Assembly (NCBI GenBank): GCA_030141605.1
Contig: JAQGDQ010000130.1
Span: 139,742-203,741 of the forward strand
Source: Tubiluchus corallicola
Lineage: Eukaryota; Animalia; Priapulida
DNA length: 64,000 nucleotides
Direction: 5' to 3'
Shown: piece after piece, positions 27,401 to 40,700 of the stretch
Layout of the letters: every line of letters begins with the position of its first letter
How positions within the stretch are numbered: position 1 is the stretch's first letter
The notes under the pieces: model-generated
Databases searched by the model: none
The model's input: only the letters and a program-made list of their open reading frames with translations
Told to the model about the DNA's origin: nothing
Translations under genes and position numbers: made by a program

Positions 27401-29111
27401 TCGCTCAAGTTATGACATGTGCAAGTTAGTCCAAGTTACATGTTTTGACTAGAATAAACAAAATCCAGTTTATCAGGTACGTAATATACTAATATACGTG
27501 AAACTAATACATTATGTAGAAGTTACTACAAAAACAGTAATCAAAAATAAAACATGCAATTTAATAATTAACTACAGACTTGTATAAGTCATGCAAAAAG
27601 ATTTAAACACACATACTCTACATGGCATTAGTTTAACAAGAACATCATGCACTTCAGCTCCATCCATCAGCAACTTTGCTGTAAAAAATAAATAATTGCC
27701 AAATATAATCAAACATGCAGACACTGCAAACAGCAAGAAATGCTATGCACACAATTTACTAGACACACTAAGGACTGATTAGTGAACTCACATATCAAGC
27801 CGACATACTAAAACACTTAAAACAGTGAAAGTTGTCAGAGTAAAAATATTTGATTATACTGCAACTTCATCAGCAGAAAAGGGATGTACTACATTACATA
27901 CTAAACAGTGAGTTAAAACTTTCTAAATATCTAGATTAAATCGATTTTCAACATGCAAGCAAGCTACACAAGAGAAGAGTTTACAAGTTATAGATTAAAT
28001 GTTCACAGCTCAAGTTCAGATGCTTTGGTGCCCAATGATAGCTGGCACTGATGCTATAGATTCCAAGGGTTGTTTATGAGCAAAACCATCAAAAAATGAT
28101 TATCGCATTGTTTATTTTTTACATCAATGTTACAGTTACATGACACATCACTAGACCATACAGAGTAGTCAATGGAATTAATACTTTTATACTTATTAGT
28201 CAAATTTTCCACATATGCTGAGGAATATGTGTTGTAATAAAATATAATTAGTCCAATTTCTTACGTAGAATTTTTTAGCCATTGTAAGCACAATAGTAGC
28301 TAACATAATCAATTGCAAAATGCACTGATCTATATAGTTGCTGTAAAAACAGTGCAACTGGTTGAAAAGGTGTAAGTGTCTAAGTAATTTACTAGGCTTG
28401 TCTAAGCTTTTTAAGGAAATTAAGAGTCAGACACAGACCTCGAAAAAATGACTGTGTTGTGCAAAGAAAAACAATAGTCCAATACAAGCAAACATGCCAC
28501 AGAAAAATTGTGAAATTTCAAACGCTTTACCTTAAATAAATGCGTGGGGAACAAACACATAATAATTTCTCAATCACTATTTAGCTTACCTAACCTATTT
28601 CCACGAACCGGTCCATGACAAAAAATTGTAACGTACTTGGTTTTTGTTGCCATAAACTGCCTAATATTAGTCGCCTAAATTACAAACTTAATCTAACTGC
28701 AATAAGTTAACAAAGAGCAAGTGTAAGCTCAAACTGTTCCACATACTGACTGGCCTTAGCATATCATATTTTCAAATTTATTATAAGTAGTTAGAATCCC
28801 GTCTCAGACTAGAGACTTACGTAGTATAGAGAGCATTATGTAATATTATTATTACGCAGCCGTGAGCTAGAAAGGAATAATATTAACATGAATAATTAGG
28901 CAGTTCACAACAATAACTCAAAATCTAAAAACGACGAGACATTTAGTTCAACTTACTTTTGCGTATTGGCACTGCTTGGTTTAGCTGAAGTTGTTATCTC
29001 ATAGTCACTGAAACATATTTCTGTCACTAACTTCATTATCAAAACTCACAGAACGATATATTTGCAAATTTTCCCATCGCTTTCTTCTTGGCAATCTTTG
29101 TGAAACCATAC

Positions 29112-29250
29112 CTGATGACGTAAATTGAGAACACACTGGGGTGATCTTCGCTTGCGAACCGAAAGGAAAAATGGGATTTAAAACCTAACAGCGCCGTCAC
29201 ATTATGTAACGGGAGCGGGGAGCCCGTGCGCAGTATTCACATACCAATAT
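29112..29250 (-). other. Probable non-coding first exon / promoter of the MARCH gene
   Basis: Locally GC/CpG-rich patch ending in a good donor (catcag|gtatgg at 29112/29111). The MARCH ATG exon has an acceptor (ccctag|gagATG at 14885), so an upstream exon is expected. The patch lies beyond the SEC24 3' end. The pairing is inferred. Confidence 0.45.
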
Positions 29251-30168
29251 TCATTCCAATCTCACATTTAACCCATGTTGCTTCTGAAGGAATTGTTTAT
29301 CTTCTGTACGTAATTCTTGCCCTACACAGTCACACTACTCTAACAATGGCTGTCGACTGTAACCGATGCCACTGAACAAAAAAGTATTACTGTATACCGT
29401 CTACTACTTTTCAAAATTCAATGTATATACAAAGAGGCTGAGATTAAATTTGAAAAACGCCACTTAATCCCTTGGAAATAGGCTGTTTAAAAATTAAAAT
29501 TTAGAACAACACAGGCCTAATGCATGCAGTACATGTGTACATAAATTTTGTACAAATTTGCTTTTTACTAATAGTTAAACACTACAAAGTGCTAATTTCC
29601 AATTGCTGTGTATTATTTAGAGCTGTTTGAGTCACATTGCTAAATAACCTTGATGAATGCTCTAGTGCATTCAAAATGCACTAACCTTTAGGCATTTAAA
29701 CATTTTTCTATTAAAAAAATCTAGAACATTTCTTGTGAAAGTTTAACTAAAAAATGTTCCTTCATATTATTTATGACTAATGAGTTTTACAATGAAATTT
29801 GAAAAAAATGTGTAAAACCTACAAAATTTCCAGTTTTGTAAACAACGCGATGAAAAGAACTTTCTGAAACCAGGACGTGGCACAATTCCCTCAAAGGTAC
29901 ACGTCTATGTAATTATGAATCACACACCAGTGTGCACTGTTGAAAATTCAATTGTCCATGGTACAGTTGACAAACCATTATAATATCTTTAATGTCTATT
30001 TTAAACAAAATCAAAGTATTTAGTAATCAATCAGATAAACATTATTAATACTGTAACAATATTTATTTTTCAATCATTACATTTCACAAAAGTAATCCAA
30101 TGAATCCATACTATAATTATGCAGAGAAAATTGGTTACCGTCCCAGAAACCCATGATATCTCTATAAG

Positions 30169-30234
30169 TAGTTTACATGTAGACGAAGCTTTATTCCAAA
30201 CTAGTTTACATATAGATGAAGCTTTATTCCAAAC
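30169..30234. repeat. 33-bp tandem duplication
   Basis: tagtttacatRtagaYgaagctttattccaaac x2. Confidence 0.9.
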
Positions 30235-31714
30235 TGTTATTATACACAAACTATAATAAAAAACCGTTTAAATTGTTGTACAATATTGAACAGATTAAGA
30301 AAAGTGCTCAAAAAAAATTTCATGCAGTAGTATTTAGTTATATCATTAAATTTACTTTCAGCATACAGATTTAACTAATATGACAACCATTGAATAAATT
30401 AAACGTTCACTTGCTACACTGTAAATGTGATATTGTTGATACATACCTTTCTAAAATTATTCACTTTTCATAAAGTTTATGTACCTGAAAAAACTACTAC
30501 TTATATCCAAACGTGGAATTTGCAATGTTTTTAAACATTTTAGTGCCAAACGTTCTCACAGGTGACAAAAATCATAATAAACCTACTTGAATAAATGAAT
30601 TACTCAAAAAATGGCAGTTATGTTAATTTCAGTAAGCAAAAAATTCAGCGACTCCTATTTACCGCTTTTGCAGTTTACATACTACCAGTGGTTAAAATCT
30701 TGAATGCAATATTCGTAAACATGGTAGCCATATTACTGTGCAATTACGTGTCTTTTAATTTTGAACCTCAAATTGTTCAAGCCATAACAATAATGCTATT
30801 TTCACATTCATTACATTATCTACGTTACTACTAACAGTCTAACATAATCAAAGTTTCCAACATTAAAAAGTGCTGATATTTTGCGCCCAAACATTAATAA
30901 AAGACAAGATAGGTGTACTAGTTATATATTAAGCCAATATTTCTTTAACATAAATATTAAAATTTTTGTATTAACTACAATTAAACATTGTAGTTATTAA
31001 CTACAATTAAACGCTGTAGTTAATATTACTATGAAAAAACCATTGCCTATATACAAGCGCCCGAACCAAACACTAACATTCAGTACAAAGTGGTCATATT
31101 AATCTCTTAATTTACATTTACCACACAAAGAAACTTAGTCAAATAAGATAAAGCATAGTAACCAGCATAGCCGGGAATCAACAATAGAAACATGTTTATA
31201 ATTGTGCAATACACATTCATCAGTAACAAAAATATCTTTGTTTAAATTTATAGTTCAGATAATCAAAGTTATAACTCCTATGAAACAGTGCAGACTGACT
31301 GACTGAGTGACACACCCACAAGCCTCAACAAAGGAATAGACAGTTTTTGAACAGTTAACCATTCTACCAAGACTAAAAATAGACAGCTGTAAATTTGCTC
31401 TTGTATTCAATTTCTGTATCACTTATTTAAACCACTATATGTTCAAAGGAAGTATATACTTTTTTATCAATATATAGGACAAAATCAGTTCATTTGTTGC
31501 CTTTAGCAGGCTATACATTGTTTGTTTCATTACACAAAATAGTTCATTTTTTTGTTTAATTAAATGACTCACACACTAGGTGTCACTAAAGATTACACCG
31601 TAAGAAACATTTTGAAAGTGGCAGACCAACCTCTGACCTTCCCAAAACACAAGACTTGAAACAGCAATTTATACAAAAATGGGATTATTTAAAACACTTA
31701 TCAAACAATGTTCA

Positions 31715-34700
31715 TTAGTTAAGCAAATTACGAATTTCTTTATGCATGTGACACAGGAAATCGACATAGGAGGCACTGCCATCGTTTCCACGATCTTCCA
31801 CTAAGAAGCGCCTCAAGACGGCTTCGAGCTTGTCACGTTGGCGGATAATCACCAGCTGAAAATTGAAAATGTGGATGAGTAATGAAGCAGTTACAACAGT
31901 TAACAGTCAAACAGGATTCGCACCTACTGTTCTGCAATATGGGAAATATCGGAAAAAAATTTAGATAACAGCAGTAAAGTAAGAAAAATACATTGCCAAA
32001 CTAAAATGGTAAATCACATTTTCCATGCAGAAGGCAGTGTTTAATTCTACGGCCGAATCATACCAAGGACTTAAAAAGTAATAATCAAGTTTTTCTATAG
32101 TTTGTTGAAATAATTTGTCATAAAATTTCATTTTGATGTTAATAAATTTTATTATGTGAGCACTTTAACACATGAAGCCTAGTTTGAAGTACCTCGTAGA
32201 ATAATAATGTGCAGGTAAAATGACCCAGATAAACTTTACCTTCATAGATCTATGGCGTTCTGACTGGATTTCACTAACAATTCCTCTTATTCTTACAGAC
32301 AGCGGATTATCCAGATCCACTAGTTTCGTCTTATCTGGATCAATATGTGCAGCTGACTGAATGCTGAAAACCTTCTGTAACCAATCATGGCTCACATGTT
32401 GGCCAACCCAGATGAACATTTGCACGCCATTTTCTAAGAAAAAGAAAATTAGGTCCATAAAAATGTAAATGACATAAGCAACTCTGACACGACTGCAAGT
32501 GGTCAATATCTTTAGGTTTTACACCAATAACATAAGACTCGACATTTCACCTTTTGGTTTTTGACTTTTTGAATGACTTTGAATAATTTCAGGTGTTTCA
32601 AAAATGTGCAATATTACATTTCATTGCTCATCTTAAAAACAAAAGCCTTCGTTATCCACCATGCTGCTTAGATTAAACATCCAAGAAAAATACAACTACA
32701 TCACTGTTATAAATCACAATTCACATATTCGGGTTCAGATATTTTCTTAAAACTTTCCTTATCTGATAAATAAAGGTCAGGATTTGGTTACCTATCTTAC
32801 AATAAAGGTCAAATGTGAAAAGGCACAAAAAGGTCACAATTCAAAATATGTAGAAAAAGGCAAAAATCTAAGTAGAGTAGTACAGCTGGAGATCAAAAGG
32901 CTATATTGTGAAAAACTCCAAAGGTGGATTGAGCAAAAAGCCGAAAACATCCTCAAGACCATTTACGGGAATGGATGTACGGGAAGGAAAATTCACTGTG
33001 TAAAAAGTAAGCAGGATTATTCTGTTGATTAGCCTGTAGTAAATGCATACCTCTTAAGTGGCATACCACAAACTAAACTGCTGGAACTATGAAACACAGC
33101 GTACCTAGCAAGTAGACTCCGTCATCTTTAAACCTTTCTATGGAACAGCGGATGGCAGTGGGTAGCGTTTCAGCTTTTACGTTGACGTCATGCAGAGGTA
33201 TCAGCTGCGGATAGAAGAACGGAACAGAACTTCTGACATCCATGGACATGACCTGCTGCATTAGCCAACTTCTGTCATCAGTGTTAAGATCAAGACCTTC
33301 AAGTAAAACAACAGTTACACAACAATGCAGAAAGGCAAAGTGATATCAGTTCAATTCAGTTTCGTTTATTGGCACAGCAAGAACAACAATTCTGCTTCAT
33401 AGCAAAAAAAAGAAAATAGCAGTTGAACTTAGAAAATCAAAACACCATTGGTACTGCATAGTTCCCAGGAACCAGACCTTGAGCATATATAGGTAACATA
33501 ACAGTAAGTGTATGAAAAAAGATATAAATTGAGATTCAGTGGCATAGCTAAAAGGGGAGCAAGGGGAGTGACCACTCCCACGAGCACCTTTTCAACAATT
33601 TTTAAACTCTTTAAGTTACTTATGCGACAAAAGTCGAATCTTTTTTTATTTCTTTTTTAATTGCATGGCCTTGGAAGAATTTTCTGGAGTCATTACTTTA
33701 GACATGATTGTCTAATAGTAGGCCTACTGTCAAAACTGCAACACTGTATCTTCCTCATGTTTTGATTCTAAGCACAAAATTAAAATGTATAATCAATACA
33801 TTAAATACTGTTTGATATGTGTCAATGCGCGTTATTTCTGCTTGCTCCCTCGAACTTTAGAACCTGGCTGCGCCCCTGGTTGAGAAAGATCGCGAAAATT
33901 AGACCACGGCCGTATTGAACGTAATGTTATACAGAGAAACTAATGTGCAACACTTGCGACCATTGGTCATTTAAAATTCAAAACCAAAACTGCAAGAAGG
34001 GCTGAAAAATTAACAGGTTAACTATGGCAGGACACACTTAAACATTTTCTGCTACCATTGAGCAACTAATTTCTTTGGGAAATGATTGACAAATTATTTG
34101 CACAGTTACAGAATACACTTAATGAAAACATGGTATTTTACCCAACTGATAATTACGAGTATTATTTCTACGAATGTTGTTTTTCTCAGCAGTACTCGGC
34201 AGCGTTCTCGTTGCCTAGCAACCCACAGCAAATTGCTTTCTCCTAATGACTAAAGCAGCTTAACCAAATGTTTTTCAAATGACATTTGCAGGCAGATGAC
34301 ATGAAGATAGTATATTCATAGGTTCAAATGTTACAAGATAATTAGAATTTCATGTGATGGAAGATCAATTTGTATGTTAACATAAGTGAGTAAAATATAA
34401 ACAAGTTCTTAGAGATGAGAAATCTATTGCATACGCTCACAAAAGATATAACAAGACAATTGGAAAAAGAACTAAATAAAAGGAGGCTTAGATAACCATA
34501 AGACATTACAGTGAACAACTATAAGACATATTTTTATTGACTGTACTAGACTATAAATTCATAATACATATACTGTATTATAGCTGATCAACCACTTTGC
34601 TTTCTAAACTGTTATAAACCTATTTAAAACAATCCAACCCTATATTACAGACAAGGTTGAAATGCAAATTCTAAATCACTCAATAATTAAATTATATCTA

Positions 34701-37700
34701 CATCACTCCACTTTTGTGTTTAGTACAGGTTGAAATTTCGCAAATATAATTACAATTTGTAGTTGTAATTTTATGAAATAGGCTTCCTTTATGAGCAAAC
34801 TAAACTTATTATCCGCAACGTCTAAAGCAGAAGAATCTCAAAACAGCAGCACTACAATCGCAGCTATGCTCAACAGACAACGAACTGTTAGAACTGCTCA
34901 CAAATACTAAACTGAAGCTGTCTTGTGGTCTGCCGATGACCATTTTGAGTATTGTGCATTGTCTGACAATGTTATGAAGTGAATTATGAAGCCAAACAGA
35001 CTTCACAAAAATTTCAATAGGCCAATTACCCTTCCCAATACGTAGTTAGTGGTAAAGGTTCCAGTCCTTAACTTCAAGTGAGGGCTCACTGTTCAGACAA
35101 CTTGTTAAAAATGTCTGTTATGTAAATGAGCTCTTAGTAGAGTTTCCTGTATATTTGATAAAGATAACTAGCAACTTGTTATAAATGGCTTCAACTACAA
35201 AGATGTGTAGCATAAATTGCTCTACTCGTAGTCATTGTCATTGTCGTCATCGTCATCATCATCATCATCATCATCATTATCGTCATCACCAGGCACTCAT
35301 TACATCTATTGCAGACAGTAGGCAGACAGAATTCTAAAAGAAATCTGCCCTCAAGGTGGGTAAACACAGCAGTAATCCAGTAAAAAAACTGGACACTAGT
35401 ATGCTAGTGGCTTGTCAGTACCACTTCCGAGTAATTGCTCTACTAAAGTGAAAATGAATGTGGGAAATCTTTTTAACATTTACCTTGCAAAGCGTCACTT
35501 TTCAGTACGCAGTTCACATACAGAGGCAGCAGCTTCATGCACTCTGGTAGGATAAGCTGACCGGCCGACGACGGACTCGCACAATTCCGTCGATACGTAG
35601 CAAGAATCTGAGACGTTTTCTGTATTAGGCTTTCCTTCAGCTTCTGCGGTGTCAGATGTACAATGGATTTGACGCACTGCTTGGCAAAATAGTTAATCAT
35701 TGTGTCCAACTCACAGTTTTTGTACATGTCTGCCAGCATGCTACAGCAGTTTAGTGAAAGATTATGCAGTCGTAGTCGACGTCTGCCACCCACGCTTGTA
35801 AAAAGAGTAGCCACCTGAAAGAAAGCAAACATTTTCTGAAGCAAGGGTGAATAAAAACCATTTTTTTTAGAATTCCGTGTACTGCAAGCATAACTTAACT
35901 ACAGAGCCTTTTAATAATACTGAATGGATGTGTTGAGACCAAAGTTATTGTCAAAGAAAATCCTCTGAACTGAGGCACTGAACAACCAGGTATGTCTTAA
36001 ACCAAGTTTGAATGTGAAATTGTGCATGTGATGAGCTGCAAGAACTTAAGAACTACATGGTATATATACAAAACAAATATTGGTCAGCTATTATCAAATT
36101 CAAACATGGGCTAAACATAATTTCAACATCAGCACAAATTATAAGCATTGCAAATGGAAATACAAGAGTGGCGCACAGAAAATATGCCAACTCAGTTCAG
36201 TACAGAGGGTACAAGTTCATCATTAACTGAATTTTGAAACCAAGCTTGAAAAACAGTAAATGTGAAAAAATTGCAACACATCTTGGATTTGAAATAGGCA
36301 TCTTATTATGAAATATTCTAAATAATTAATTAATTAAGCATTGCTCCTTTATCTAAAACCTGTACAAACACTCATATGTAAATCACTAAACAGTATGTAT
36401 CACTGTTACATCAAAGTAATAATTTTTCATATAAAAGTAATGAAACTAACTAAAAGTTGTGATTTCTCTATTGAAAAACTACTGATAAAAAATTGAAGTT
36501 CACTCTTTCTACTAAACTTTCCAAACCACTGAGCATATTTATGACAAGCCAAATGATTTATCTTTGCAGAAAGCAAGTAATAGCATCTACAATTTTCAAT
36601 CACCCTACCAAAAGCAACTGGTTTAGCTTTAAAGTGGAGTAACCAGTTCAAACAATAGCAAGTTATCTTAACACATTAAAGGTGTTAAAGGTGGACTGAA
36701 ACATTTCCTAATATTAGACTTGCCCTTGCTATTAAACAGCAAACTAACAGTAAAAAAATAGATGATTTTTCTTTGTCACCTGTATGAAAGCACCATCCTC
36801 CTCCACCAATTTATCATCATGTCGAATCTCAACGGCTATCGCTTTGTCACTATCTAGTGATGCCAGTTCAATGTCAGTCGTGTTTGACATGTAAAAATTG
36901 CCTAAAAATTCAACTGGACGAATACCAGTACTCGTTCGCACACGCATTATGGCGTCAAAAACGATTGGTCTTTCCAAGTTGTGTTTCAAGTCTCTAATGA
37001 ACCGCTGACCATCTAAGTCTGCCTACAAGAAGAGCAGTACTTTGACTTTTTTACACTATAATTAATTCATTTAATATACAAAAACATTCATTATATATAT
37101 ATATAATCATTTCTTTTTAAAGAGCAATATAATGTTTTGTTTTAATGCAAAATGAAAACAATCTTAACATTCTGTACACAATTATTATTTATGAAGTAAA
37201 TTTAAAACCACGATTAAGCTTAACATACTTTGACTAAAATCTTAGTAAAACAGCAATGTACACAATAGTTGCAAATGGTACGTTACCTTATAGTAATTTC
37301 GAATACTTTAAATTAATTATGGTAGTGCCAAAGCACAAGGTGAAGTTTTAAAAGCAACTTGAAAGCGTCCAAATTAATAATTGTGAACAAACTGGGTCAC
37401 AAGTTTTTCCACACGTTTCAAGTGCAACCAACTTAGCCATGCACAGAACATATACAGCTTTACGCCTGAAACTATAGCTATAATTAAATGAAAAAGAACC
37501 AATTTCCAGGGTGTAATTTTTTTGTTAAATTTTTTACTTTAAACTAATGCTGTCAAATGAAACTTATAAACAGTAGGAGTGGTTTATAAAATCTACTGCT
37601 AAAACACCTTTGCCACCAAAATCTGATCTTTCCCTTCACAATCTTACCTGAAATAGTTGTACCTAAACAGCTAACCACCAGTGACCTCACTATCTTACCT

Positions 37701-40700
37701 GGAAATAGTTGTATCTATACAGTTGACCACCATTGACCTCACTTTCTTACCTGGAAATAGTTGTACCTATACAGCTGACCACTAGTGACCTCTTACTTGG
37801 AAACATACAACTGACCATCAGTGACCTCACTACCTTACCTGGAAATAGTTGTGCCTATACAGTTGACCACCAATGACCTCACTATCTTACCTGGAAATAG
37901 TTGTACCTATACAGCTGACCGCCGGTGACCGAACATATTTCTCCAACTGTAGCAATGTCAATGTAAGCATTTGGGAACAAGAAGAGATCAACACTGCAAC
38001 CAGCTGAAACACATTCCTGACCTAACTTTGTATAAAAAGGTGTCTGCGGAGTTAAAATTGTCTGAAATGGAAAAGACATGAGTAAACAGGTAAGCAAATA
38101 ATCGCAACACAATGCATTTCCTTATTTTTGCAAAAACACAACACATCCAAATAGCAATAAGTGAGTAATGCTGACAAGTTTTTAATGATGTGTATATACC
38201 TTTTCCTTATCCGTTCCTAGTAGCTTCCTGTCATCCCGATTCTTCAGTTTTCCCGGAGCTTCTGCTATAGGCAAAGAGGAGTGGAACACATAAAGCTTTC
38301 CCGGACATTCAGCTGCCTAGAAGAACACACAAATAAGAGAAATTACACCAGGGAACATAAGCGTGTTTTAAAATTCAATACTTGCCAAACTGTAAACTTG
38401 TCAAAAGTTTATACAAATAGTACGACAACATTCAATGATTATATCTTCACGAAAGGTTCATAACCCACACTGGCACCTAATCAAGCCAATGTTTCGTTCA
38501 TGATACACGAACGAAATATAAGAATGACTGCTATTCGACACACGAACTGAACAAACAAAATTTTACACATTTGCTATAATACAGGAACGAAACAAATGAA
38601 AAGTTGGAAAAATAACTCCAATACAGGAAAACCAACAGCAAAAAAAATTTACGAGTTTATGAAATAGCTTTAATAATAAAACTACCAACTGAAAGATGCC
38701 ATGATTTTATCTAATCATACAGGAAATATGGCACCGCATTCTGAAACCAGACTTACGATAACGGTTAGTCATGGATATCTTTACATATGCGGCAGCTTAA
38801 TCAGCCACAAAATTTTAGATTGCAAGATAAAGGAGCTAACCAAGTTTATCAATAATTTACTCACTGTTGTTTTTATTTATTTAAGTAGATGAGAATAGAA
38901 GTTTCGAAAGTAGATGTATATGCATGTAGAAGCTGAAGAAAGTAGATGATATAAACGTGTAGATTAAAGCTAGATGAGAAAAAGTAGATGTTTCAAACAC
39001 TAAGTCAAGCAATTTCAGCGTTACACATATACATATTAAGAACTCTGACAATAGTTTTAAACTGTCATTCAACAACCTTGATTTTAAGCGACATAAGGAA
39101 GTTATAACAGCCATTTCTACACATTCTGGTACTCTGTAAGCCAGATCCAGCATTCATCGACGGGATCTGCTTGTCATATTCCTATTGGTCTCTGTCTAAT
39201 AAACCAGTGCTTACTTATAAGCATCAAAAGTTGTCTATCTTCTTCTTAAAACCACTAAAGTGGGGTTAATACATTTTTTCGTGAAAAGGAAAAATTTGTA
39301 TGCTATTAATATATATAATTTTATTCAAATTTATTAGGTATTATAACAGTGCACATTATTATAATGTTGTAATGTACTAATGTTGCAATATACTTAATGA
39401 TATAATAATGTAATGTAATGCACATTATAATGTACATCTTTTAAATGAGCACTTGGCTTTTTCTGGCTTGAGAAAAATTACAAAACTACTTTCAACAGCA
39501 GTTTCTTCATACGCCCTCTGTTAAAAGAACTCTTTTAATGTTTCACTACATAAGAAATGTAAGAATATATACTAATAGTTTATTCAATAAAATTGCAGCA
39601 AAGCAGGATTAACCCACTTTAAAGTGGATATAACAGGCAATACGTAACAGGCAACAATAAATAGGAGCAAGAAAGCTAATTTTGAAGTAGCCACTGCCCT
39701 CTAAAGAACAGAATATATCAAGACATTTACAAACAAACAGATGTTGACTGAGTATTATTACCTTCAAGGCATCTAGACCAGCTTGTATGACAGGCCCCAA
39801 AACTGTTTCAGTTTCCCGAGTCTCTGCAAACATCTGCGGAATCTGTTCCAGCAAGCTATCTACAAGCTCTTCTGATTCGTGCAAATTGACTAGGAACCCA
39901 TCTAAAAGCGGCAGGAAAACATCCTGTACGTCGGCAACGACCATCATCTGTGGCTGAGTCAGACCGTTCTGCAGATACAATTAACTATGATTCATACACA
40001 ACAGATTAACCGAATATGTCAACAAATATAATCATGCTAAAGAGAGTTAGTAAATAAAGCAAAAGTCTGGTTGTAAAGCATGCATGTGACACAAGACTCA
40101 GATAAAAAGACTCAGAAAAAACTTGCAAAATGTATTATCAAAGAAAAAATGAATTATAGACAATAGTGCATATTACAAACAGAGGTCCTAGAACTGAATG
40201 TTATCTGTTGAAAGTACACTAAGGAAACTAGCGTACTTACATAGCTAATTTTTTCCCAGTAAAAAATTTTATAGCTGAACGGCAAAAAGGAAAACTAGTA
40301 ATGAACTACGAGTTTTCAGTTTGTGTCTTATATTATATAAATTAGTGTTCTTAAATAATTGCACATATTCTTAAATAATTGGACATAGGAATTTTGACAT
40401 TAATTCATTTCTAAAATGTATTTAAAGCCTTTGCAGTGCACACTAGGTATCACACTATAGTAGTAACACTACACCAGTCGGATAATAGATTCAGTCTGTT
40501 AATTGCATCAAAACACTTTCATCCCATTGTGTCACCTACTGTATTGGAATTCACTTATATAAATATCAGGGAATACCCTAGTATCAGTTGTAAATACTGT
40601 TTGGTGTAAATTGCAAAATAAAATTATGTTTAAAATTAATACGTAAACTGCTCAAAAACGGACTCGTCAATTCTCAATTGTGGTTAATAGGAGAAACTTT

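Noticed and set aside
33297-35483. Hidden 3-nt microexon, because the junction LQG|LDLNTDDR seems one residue shorter than the homologs I recall
   Set aside because: A manual scan found no AG-NNN-GT(A/G) candidate; a simple one-residue deletion is sufficient.
37636-37930. CRISPR-like array
   Set aside because: Units are head-to-tail with no unique spacers, derive from the adjacent exon, and the context is eukaryotic with no cas genes.
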